Source: Octopus sinensis
Lineage: Eukaryota
Reading direction: 5' to 3'
Assembly (NCBI RefSeq): GCF_006345805.1
Contig: NC_042998.1
Span: forward strand, 132,556,001 to 132,620,000
DNA: 64,000 nucleotides
In this document: piece after piece, positions 23,632-34,065 of the stretch
Layout of the letters: every line of letters starts with the position of its first letter
Numbering within the stretch: the first letter of the stretch is position 1
Notes under the pieces: model-generated
Told to the model about the DNA's origin: nothing
What the model saw: the letters and a program-made list of their open reading frames with translations, nothing else
The model's database searches: none
Position numbers and translations under genes: made by a program

Positions 23632-25012
23632 CAGAGCTTATTTGTATGAGTTTTCTTTTACTTTTCTCATGTTGAGGGATTCTTATTTCCTGATACTTTT
23701 TCTATAGAAGCTATCTTGTATGCTATATATAAAGCCATCTTCTATTGTCTGACTGTTGTCATTATTTTTTTTTATTCAATACTATTTCCCCTACTCCATA
23801 TCTCTGCATAAAACACTCTCTCATACCTGCACATACTCGTGTATAATTGCGCACGCGCGAACTCCGAGCATCTACTGTATCTCCCAGACGCAAGAATATT
23901 TCCCCGTATGTGTATATGTTTGTGAGATTGTATATGATATGGTGTATGTTTGGTGTATTGTGGTGGTATTTGTATATGTGTTTGTTTCGTTGTAACAATA
24001 ACAGTACATTTTTCTAATGACCTTAAAGGTATGGTAAACATTTAGTGTTGTTAAAAGAATGTAAAAGAAGTGGTTGAAAAACTTGTCAACATAGGGTTGT
24101 AAAGGAAATTATGTTTGTATGTAGTTATGTGCATACACACACACACACACATATATATATAAACTTGTATCAGTAAGCAAATATATTTTTAGTGTTGGTA
24201 TACACACTCTGACTTGCACTCAAACGCATGTTAGAGGTAGTTTGTTGTGAAAGAGAATTGTTATGTACATAATATTATAAGCATGTCTTCTAATAAATAG
24301 ATGACAAGTAACATAAATCGTTAAGTGTCAGCTTGTAGTGATAAGTTCAAGTCCCCCCTTCAGTTACATAAGCTTTTCTGTTTAAATGGTTTGGTGGTGG
24401 GTTGACTCTACACTCAACGTACATTTTTCGTTTATTTCCTACTTTAATTATTTGCTCGTGGTTCATCGCCTTCAAAGAGATTGGGTTGTGGACCCGTCAA
24501 TTTATAAGACGTCACCCCCACTCTCTCTTACTCTCTCTCTCTCTCCTCTCTTTCTCTCTGGTGGTTTACTTCAAGGGGCCAATAGCTTTTTGTATGGGAG
24601 GACCTTTTAAATTGCAAAGTTGAAGTTGAGAGCAAGAGTTTTTTTTTTTTGTGATGGTAATAGGGACCATCTGGACGGTTGTGCTGTTCCTTAAATCTGC
24701 AGTCATAAGGAGAAAATAATGCATGTGTTTATGCATATATATATACACACACACATGCGTGAATGTGTCAATACACACAGGTGCGCACGCGCACAAACAC
24801 AGCTTTTGAGATTATGGGGTTTTGTTCGGTGCATCGTCGCAGAGCACGGAGAACCACAGGAGCGGCACGAAATTATCTACTTTTAAAAATGTAAACGCAC
24901 TCAGGCAACGCGGTTTCGATTCCCGGCATGGGAGCAGGTGTGGATAAAAAGCTTGCTTTGCAACTACGTTGTTTCGAGTTCATTCCCGCAGCCTTATGGG
25001 TGAATTTGGTAG

Positions 25013-25275
25013 AGCAGGAGTGGCTGTGTGGTAAGAACCTTCCTTCCCAACTACATGGTTCTAGGTTCAGTCCCACTGCGTGACACCTTGGGCTAGTGTC
25101 TTCTGCTATTGCCTCGGGCCGACTAAAGCCTTGTGAGTGGATTTGGTAGACGGAAACTGAAAGAAGCCCGTTCTGTACGTGTGTGTATATATATATATAT
25201 ATGTGTGTGTGTGTTTGTCCCCCACTATCGCTTGACAACCGGTGTTGGTGTGTTTATGTCCTCGTAACTTAGTGG
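25013..25275 (+). mobile_element. SINE A (CpG retained)
   Basis: gcaggagtggctgtgtggtaag ... ctcgggccgac ... gacggaaactgaaagaagcccg. Confidence 0.85.
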
Positions 25276-25549
25276 TTGGGAAGCAAGCTATCTACCACAC
25301 AGCCACGCTTGCATAGTTTACATCCCCAAAAATTTAGAATCTTCCAGAGAATCTGAAATAATATTTCTGTTGTAGAACTCGAAATAAAGCTATTATAACG
25401 GCACGTGAATATTGGGTTAACACCACTTTTTGATAATTTATGTTTTATATATATATATATATTTATTCAGGGTATTTTTGGCTCCACTAACCACTAATCT
25501 CATGTTCACAAACTGTGTTAAATTTCACAGGTAGCATCAGTTGCTGTTT

Positions 25550-25730
25550 GAGCGGTATGATCAAAGGCATTCCAGCTGTGGTCTGATTACCCACCCCTCC
25601 CGTGTGCTGGAAATTTTAGGATCACATTATCCAACGAGTCCTTTTTTAATGACAGTAGTGTGTGATTTGAGATAGATTTTGGCTGCTGTTCCTTGCAGGC
25701 CGAGCGACTACGAAGTATCACTGTCGTAGG
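25550..25730 (+). repeat. Unclassified interspersed repeat family E
   Basis: tatgatcaaaggcattccagc ... gatttgagatagattttggctgctg...gcaggccgagcgac; homologous to 27640-28260 and 43380-43580. Confidence 0.55.
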
Positions 25731-26581
25731 TAGAGGGGGTAAGTTGTGTGAGCGAAATAATTGTTACTCTGTAGTACAGTGGGTAAACTAATACCCCGAA
25801 TATCTGATAAGATCTTGTTGTGCGTCTGAACACAGTCGGGGCATTTCTGGTCTAGTCGTTATGGGGTACTGATAACATCGATATCCCGTGTTATCTCTGC
25901 TATTTTTAACATTTCGGTTCATTTGCCTCGCTACCTCTTCCATCGGTTACTTCCTCACCCTCCCACTCTGTGTGTGTGTGTGTACTTCTATATATTGGCA
26001 CAGGATCATAGTTTTGTCTTGGAAAGGTATATTGGAATAAATCCATTCTAATAATGTATGTTGCTTAGTATTTCTTTTATCGACTCTGGAGGTGAAGTCG
26101 ATTCTGGTGCCACTCAGCAAAATGTTTAGTGTTCTTTCCCCTGCCCCACACGATGCTTAGTACATCAAACTCTGTGTGTGTGTAATCTGGTATCTTGACG
26201 GCTAACTGACCAGGCCATTGACAGCATGCAGTGCTGATAATAGTTGTGATTGAACCGACGACTCTTAGTCCCCATAGTGATGGTTCCTAGATGCCGTATT
26301 GATAAGGATTTAGCATAAATATGTATACATTAAAATAGATAATTAAAAGCTGTACGCAGCCATAGGATGCAAATGTAAGGTAAACTTACGGGCACGTATT
26401 AGTAAACACAGATCTGGTCTTTCTCATACGCAAAATGACCCCCCCCTCCTTAATTTTGCTCAAATTGTTTTTCAGTTATGGTTTGTCGATGCAACTCTGA
26501 ATTTTGATTACAATCAACCAATTACTTTATCTCGTAAATTAAAGAATCTTATGTAATTTGAAATTAAAGTTGGATAATTTT

Positions 26582-26639
26582 AGCCAATCAACAGACAGCG
26601 TGGCATTAGCAGCTTGTTACCATGATAACCGCACGCTGT
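26582..26639. promoter_or_regulatory. Candidate promoter module: CCAAT box plus RFX X-box
   Basis: AGCCAATCA at 26582-26590; GTTACCATGATAAC at 26616-26629 fits GTHNYY-AT-RRNAAC; bracketed by the inverted 8-mer acagcgtg/cacgctgt. Confidence 0.4.
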
Positions 26640-27624
26640 GTTGTGGTTCATTGTTGTCTGTGCCGTTCTCCACAACATCATACCTTCAAAGCAATGAGAC
26701 TGAAAGGCTACATTATTATAGTCGATTTTCAGATCTTTTACTTCCTTTTAGAAAATGCATATTTTGCGAATGAAAAAAAAAAACTAGATCCGTAAACACT
26801 AATTTTTAAGTCTTGCTGTGAAATGTCGTTACTGTGGTTAAAACGTGTTTTCTTTCTGTGTATACACTGGTTTTAAAGTTTTCTACCATTTCATCGAGGA
26901 TGGGTTTTAATGTCCACATAGAGAATAATAGTGTTTGTGTACTGCACTGAGTACAAAGTCAGACATAACTAAATTAGTCTACTTCATTTATAAGCTACTA
27001 TATTCTTAGTGTTCTAGAAAATAAGAACTGATCCCTGACGAAGTGGAAGTAATCCCTGAAACTAGCCAGGGCGATCTCTTTTTCCTGCTACAGTATCAAC
27101 ATTTTTTCTGCTAGGCTGGTGTGCACGGTTTTCGATTAAATTTTCCTGTAGCGAAGTTGAATCAGACTGAAAGGTGAAGAACCAGTTGATTTTGATGGAG
27201 TAGGTGAGTTGTGTGTGAGGGCAAAAGTATTCAGCTAAGCTGGGAATGGACTTTACTACTGCTGTATGTTAATTGAATGCTTATGGTGTGTATGTCTGCG
27301 TGTTCGGTGGGATGGATGCTGGTTTTTCATGGTGGTGAGGAGATGGATTACGATTAAGCTTTTGACCCAATTAACAGCTAAGCAATATTATAACAACAAC
27401 AACAATTAGCCTTCTCACACAGAAGTGCCATGTCAGCAGTGCTGCTGTTCATTCCCTCGCCACACCGCCGCCTCCACTATTTTCGTGTTCTTGATATTGT
27501 AGTAGGTGGAGCGGGGTTTGGATTAAACTTTTATAAAGGGATTATTTTCATTCTCAGCTTCTTTCTCCCGCCCCGCCGTTCTCCTTCCCTCATATTTTTC
27601 GTCGTTACTGCAGTTGTTTAGCTC

Positions 27625-28260
27625 TCAGGTAAGCCCTGATTGAGTAGATCTACGATCAAAGACCGTCCAGTCGTAACCATCACGTCTTTTTATATATGTA
27701 AAGGGACTACAATATCCAATGTAACCTTCCTTTTTTGTGTGTTTTGAAGATGATAGAGGGCGAGTTGTGAGAGATTTGGTTGATGTTTCTTGCAGGTCGC
27801 TTGACCGCTCAGATACTCCGTTGTTGACAGTGGTTCACTCTACTTCTCTCCTGCAACTGGTGGTCACAACAATAGGAATTGTTTCAACTTAGATCAACTC
27901 TGCTCCGACACACCTAAGATAAAAGGCGTTCCAGTTGTGACCATGTCATCTTTTAAAAGTTTGAAGGAGTACTTCAGCTTGTATTTTATTTATTTAAAAA
28001 ATGTTTGTGGTTTTTTTTTTTATGAGAAGATTTGGCTGTTAATTCTAGCATGTTGTATAACTTACATTGAGGTTCTCTAATTGGCTACTTGACAAAGAAG
28101 ATCTATGATCGAAACTATTCAACGCATGAAAATCTCGTTTATTTTCCAGGATAAGTGTATCTCGAACTATATTATTCAGTGTCCCTTTCTAAGACAGGTG
28201 AAGTTTAAGGGAAATTTGGTGGTTAAGTTGTGAGACCTCGAAGATGGTTTCATCTACACC
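27625..28260 (+). repeat. Three diverged tandem copies of repeat family E
   Basis: gatctacgatcaaag (about 27648), ctaagataaaaggcgttccag (about 27915) and gatctatgatcgaaac (about 28100), each followed by a gagatttgg-like motif. Confidence 0.5.
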
Positions 28261-29280
28261 TGGACCAGCTGCTTCTCTTTTGAACACGAGTACATCGATT
28301 GATTTATTAACATAAATTGATTTATTAAAATTACTTCCGCCTCCAGAGGATGTACCATAATGACCAAAATGAGAATGAAGACTAGGTTACTACGAGGAAG
28401 GAGTATGATCGCGAATTCTCCAAAGTTGATATGCCGTCAAGGAAAAGGTCAGGCTTATTGTCTGGAGACAGGAGGCGCCATCGGCACCGCCACGGGATAT
28501 GGATATATGGCATTTATGGCCTGGGTATTTGCATTAATTTATCAAAAATGAGCTACACACGCGATTAGCTTGCGTACCGTTTCCATCTCCCCAATACGCC
28601 AAAAACCTATTTGCCTTTTATGTCTGAGTTCAAAACCAACCAGAGCCGCGCTCTTCCCCCCCTCCCCCACTTCTGCTGGGTTCAATGAAATTAGTATCAA
28701 TCAGGTACTGAAATTGATTTAAACGACCTCCACCACCACCACCACTACCCAGTGTGTGGCCTTGTGCCAATGTTTAAGAAAATAAATCAATATTTGTTGT
28801 GAATGGTAGCTGTATTAATGATGGTGGTGATCGTGGTGATGGTGGTGGTTGTCATCTTTCTCTAGATTTTTGATTTGATATAAGTAGGGGGCTTAGCTGG
28901 GTAATTCCGATGTTTTTCTCTCCTAATTATTTTAGTTTAGTTCAGTTTTAATTAAAATGAAACAAAAGCTGATTGATGTTGAGATTCAACATCAAAGGAT
29001 GACATCCTTCAAATCGTATTCAAATTCATCTACCGACTTACTTGGCAAACATCTCTACATGTATGTCCAACTTCTCCTCTCACTTCTTTTTTTCTTTTTT
29101 TTTTCACCTCTCTATCCACTTAGCAATCTCTCTGTTACTGGTGCTCTATTTATGACGACAATATGCAGACGTATGCATGTTTGTATGCATATGTATGTAC
29201 TTGGCGTGTGTGTATAGGCACGTGTTTACACACGAACTCTCACACACATACGTACGTGTGTGTGTATATATATGTATGTC

Positions 29281-29347
<67 letters not shown>

Positions 29348-29739
29348 GTATACACTTAATTATTAGTGTTTTCAAATGTTACTTGTATGTGTGTATGTGT
29401 TTCAGATTCGGTTCCACTGCAAAGCATCTTCCCTATATTAGCCTCGGGTTGACCAGTATATCTGAAAACTTTGCAAAACTGAAATATTGTGTGTATTGGT
29501 TGTTTTGTTTCCTTTTATGTCCCCTAACTTTGCGTTTCGGTAAATTGTATCGAAAAAAAAAAGAAAAAAAAGTACTACGTTGAAATAATTACTAATGGTA
29601 ATACAGTTCTATTTTTGAGAGATGAGGAGTTATGTACATTATTTACATTTGACGGATATTTGTCCTCCGGAAAATGCTGGAAAATACGAAAACTAAAAGA
29701 AGCACATATGCTAAGACATAATAAACTCCTAACATCTGC

Positions 29740-29955
29740 GTTAGGTGTGGCTGCGTGGGTAAGAAGCTGTTTCCCAACCATGTGATCTTATGTTCAGTCC
29801 CAATATGCGACACCTTGCAAGTGGGTTTGATAGGCGCAAATTGAAAGCCGTCCAGTGTGTGTTTTGCGGTTTGCGTTTGTCTCCCACCCGCTGCTTGACA
29901 ACCGGTATTAGTTTGTTTACGTCCCCGCAAATTAGCGTTTCGGCAAACGGGACGG
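29740..29955 (+). mobile_element. Old diverged SINE A (CpGs retained)
   Basis: aggtgtggctgcgtgggtaagaagc ... gtccccgcaaattagcgtttcggcaaacggg. Confidence 0.7.
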
Positions 29956-30030
29956 AGATATTGTTCGATGAAACCTAATGATGAAACCAAAAAAAAATAA
30001 ATAAATAAAATAAAAGATAACGCAAGCATA

Positions 30031-30424
30031 GGCGCAGGAGTGGCTGTGTGGTAAGTAGCTTGCTAACCAACCACATGGTTCCGGGTTCAGTCCCACTGCG
30101 TGGCATCTTGGGCAAGTGTCTTCTGCTATAGCCCCGGGCCGACCAATGCCTTGCGAGTGGATTTGGTAGACGGAAACTGAAAGAAGCCTGTCGTATATAT
30201 GTATATATATGTGTGTGTGTTTGTGTTTGTCCCCCTAGCATTGCTTGACCACCGATGCTGGTGTGTTTACGTCCCCGTTACTTAGCGGTTCGGCAAAAGA
30301 GACCGATAGAATAAGTACTGGGCTTACAAAGAATAAGTCCCGGGGTCGATTTGCTCGACTACAGGTGGTGCTCCAGCATGGCCGCAGTCAAATGACTGAA
30401 ACAAGTAAAAGAGTAAAAGAGAGT
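30031..30424 (+). mobile_element. Full-length SINE A (reference copy; tRNA-derived head, CORE-like centre, internal microsatellite)
   Basis: A-box-like tggctgtgtgg, B-box-like gggttcagtccc, cttgggcaagtgtctt, internal (TA)/(TG), tail gactgaaacaagtaaaagag. Resembles described octopus OR-type SINEs (recalled, not verified). Confidence 0.92.
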
Positions 30425-31267
30425 GAGATCTATGGAACCATTTCATCAGTGCTTAACAGAACAAGCAGATATAAGTGTCTGCGGCCCAGTTTTGTTAAAT
30501 ACATTGCAGTATTACTTAACTGGAGAAGGGTAGAGTGGCGGAATCGTTCAAGCACCGGGTAAAAATGTCTTACCGTGCTTCTTTCACGACCTTCTACGCT
30601 CTGATATTACGCTGCGGTCATCTTAACCCTCTATCCTTCCGGGATCGATAACTTACTGTACCGTTCAAGAACTGGAATCGACTTACTCTTTTATATTCTC
30701 CTCTTCCAGAATGTATGACGGTGTGTTGTGCTTGTCACTGAAAGCAATGTTTAACATAGTTGTATGCTCCCTCCACCGCCCCCCAAAAAATAATAAATAT
30801 ATTAAAAAAAAAAATGATTGAAAAATTTCAAAAATAGTCTTGATTAAAATTTTTTAAATATCACATATTTGAATGTTGGTATGTGTGTATGCATTTATAC
30901 TTATACGTATGCGGTGTGTGAATTTGTGTATGTCTATAAAACTGTGTTTTGTGGGTGTGCGTGTAATTTTAAAAACCTGATATATACACGAATATAACAT
31001 GCTTTTAAGATTGCATATTCTATGTACGGATATGGAAATGAACAGAAACGGGATACTTATTTTCCTATATATATATGTATATATATGTGTGTGTTTAGGT
31101 GTGTGTGATGCTATTGACACTTCGTCACCTACATAATTTTGAGGTGTGGGTGTGTTCTTGAAGAAATTTCTATTTGTGGAGCGTAAAGTATAAAATATAA
31201 TCCGTACCGCAGCCCTCGCTAATCTCGGTCCTGTTTCCTTTTATGCCCCACTTCCCCACCTCTCCAT

Positions 31268-31329
31268 CTATGTATGTATGTATGTATGTATGTATGTATG
31301 TATGTATGCATGTATCTATCTATCTACTC

Positions 31330-31374
<45 letters not shown>

Positions 31375-31400
31375 CTCATCTATCTATCTATCTATCTATA

Positions 31401-31482
<82 letters not shown>

Positions 31483-31525
31483 CTCATCTATCTATCTATC
31501 TACTCATCTATCTATCTATCTACTC

Positions 31526-31581
<56 letters not shown>

Positions 31582-31590
31582 GTCTGTCTG
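31268..31590 (+). repeat. (TATG)n/(TATC)n compound tetranucleotide repeat with periodic TACTCA interruptions
   Basis: Direct reading. Confidence 0.95.
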
Positions 31591-32587
31591 TCTCCAGTAC
31601 CACCTCTTCTGCGCCGTCGTCAACGCCACCAGCTCTCGCTTCTTCTCTCAACTAAGAATCAAAGTAAGCCAAGGTTGTCTTGAAAACCTGCTGAAAATAT
31701 AGAAGAAAACCGATGCTGCACCAACGTTCCCACCGACCACCGCCGTTATCCGCGCCACCCCCTCTCCCCTCCCCTCCCCCACACTGCCTTCAATACTTCT
31801 CCGATACTGTCGAGGTTAATTCCACTACTGCAGCTATCACCATTGTTATTACTATGAGCGTCAGAAATATTACCACCACCACCACCACCGCCGCCGCCAT
31901 TAATACTTCCGACACCACCACCACTGCTACTACCTTCTGTATCAGCTCCCCCCCCCGTCCAATAACAGCATACTATCATAATTTTTTTTTTTCATTACCA
32001 CCACCACCACCACCACCAACACCATTCCACCCCCTTCCTATCAGCTGCATCGCCACCTACCTTTCTCTTTCTCTCCTGTGCCGCCATCGTCCCCGATCTT
32101 TCCTCACTCCCTTCCCCATTCCCAATACATCTTGTGCTATCAGCAGAAAAATCAAATGTTGTTACCGTTATCGATTTAGTCTCCAAGAATAATCTTGCAA
32201 TCACTGCACAGTTTTTATAGCCTGGATCTATACAGATCAGCAGCAGCAGCAGCAAAAACCGACAGGCAGGCAATATGCAGTGTAGATGTGACTGACTGCA
32301 CTGCACTGTAGTGGTGGTGGTGGTGGTAGTAGCAGCAGTAGTAGCAGCAATTGTTGTGGTGGTGGTAGTAGCAGTTGTGGGAGTCGTGTTCGCTTTCAGC
32401 GTTCGACCTCTCTCTCAGGGACTTCGATAATGGCTACGTCTAGTAGCAGTTAAGTACTCCGACTAATGAGTTTCAAATTTCGTTGACTGAACCTAAAGAA
32501 ACCCGTCGCTAACCATATTTCTACCCGTCTATAAATGAATAAAGTTTAGTACAAAATGTCACCATGTGCTTCTGTTGTAAATGATAA

Positions 32588-32589
32588 TG

Positions 32590-32637
<48 letters not shown>

Positions 32638-32967
32638 GAGTGAGTGAGTGAGCAGTGCATGCCATCAAAGTGACACGGGTAAATTATACGAAGCCCAGTA
32701 TACATACCCATTATAACTACATGTCTGATAAGGGTACACTAGGCACATGCATCAAAACCATATGTGCCCGACATGGTGATCTCATATCAAGATTAACAGT
32801 GCATGACCTTGCAGTTAGAATTTTCTTCATGTCGAGTAACCCATCCCGCTCAAAAGGTCTCTGAATAAGGTTTGTTTAAGAGTAATGAACGAAACACCCG
32901 TGTTTCCTAGCGTGAATTATCCAAACCTTCCAAAATTCCTCTCAAACATGGCTATGATGCTCCCCCG
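32588..32967 (-). mobile_element. TAA-tailed retroposon family C, 5'-truncated
   Basis: Reverse complement of the 3' part of 45146-45643 and 56777-57348; (ATT)n at 32588-32637. Confidence 0.8.
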
Positions 32968-33039
32968 CTTATCATCATCATCATCATCGTCATCGCTTCA
33001 CCCCACCCCAACTTCCACTTTCAGAGTTTGTTTCTGTAT

Positions 33040-33412
33040 CTTATCTTTTATTTGTTTCCGTCATTTGATTGCGGCCATGCTGGGGAACCCGCCTTGAAGG
33101 ATTTTAGTCATTATTATTTTTTCTCTTCAAACCTAGTACTTATTCTATGGGGTCTCTTTTGCCGAACCGATTAATTACAGGGACGTAAATACACCAACAC
33201 CGGTTGTCAAGCGGTGGTGGAAGCCAAACACAGACATAAAGACAAACACACACAGAGATACATAGGCTTCTTTCAGTTTCCGTCTACCAAATCCACTCAG
33301 AAGGCTTTAGTCGGCCTGTGGCAATAGTAGAAGACACATACTCAAGGTGCCATGCAGTGGGACTGAACCCGGAACCATGTGGTTGAGAAGCAAGCTTCTT
33401 ACCACACAGCTA
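33040..33412 (-). mobile_element. SINE A
   Basis: tttgtttccgtcatttgattgcggcc ... cttcttaccacacagc. Confidence 0.85.
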
Positions 33413-33914
33413 CAAGTATTATTATTCAACTCTATACTGGTGCGATGAGGAATTTATATTTTGTGTATTGTTTATATTAGCCTGCCTGGTTTTTCATCTT
33501 GATTGTTACTTGTCACTATATTTCGGTTCCAACCGTCTTCATTGTTTTCTAATTCGCATTAACATTTCTTATTTTAATTTTACCACTCAACATTAAGTCA
33601 ACCTATCACCCAATATTAAGTTTATCAAGTTTGTATTTCCGAAATGAGCAATTCATTTTACGTACACTATTTTATATTGGCCGGACTGGTGTCCTTGTCT
33701 TGGTTGTTGCTTTCACTACGTTTCGGCTGTTGTACGCACAGCGTACTGGAGACCGGCGTTGGTTAATGCATTGCAGTCGTCAAGAGGTTCTGAGTTCAAT
33801 CCTAGGCATGACACTAGGTTGAATTCACAAATAAATAAATAAAACTAACTGAAGCGAAAAATGTTACGAAACCCCGAGAGCAGACTGGGAACAGTGTTCC
33901 CTGTGGATCAAATA

Positions 33915-34065
33915 AAGGGTTGGGTTCGAAGTTCAGATATAACAATCTAGTTCAACACAAGGCACCTGAAGAAGGCTGGAGACTACAACAGCTGAAATGT
34001 AGCGAAGGTACCGATCATGGTGAGGACACCAGTCTAATTAAAGTAAATAGTGTACAGAATTATTA
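33915..34065 (+). mobile_element. Penelope-like remnant with degenerate hammerhead motif
   Basis: CTGAAGA-a-ggctg gagactacaa cagct-GAAA-tgta at 33966-34001; stem I is imperfect. Confidence 0.4.

Noticed and set aside
27615-27634. 14-nt microexon ending CAG|GTAAGC
   Set aside because: The donor-like sequence coincides with the apparent start of repeat family E.
30031-30110. tRNA gene
   Set aside because: A/B-box-like motifs are SINE heads; no cloverleaf or acceptor stem, and they continue into the SINE body in all copies.
31243-31702. 125-146-aa SIYL/YLSI-repeat ORFs
   Set aside because: Translation of (TATC)n.
31713-32192. 159-aa Pro/Thr-rich ORF
   Set aside because: Built from (ACC)n and C-run low complexity with no splice or domain support.
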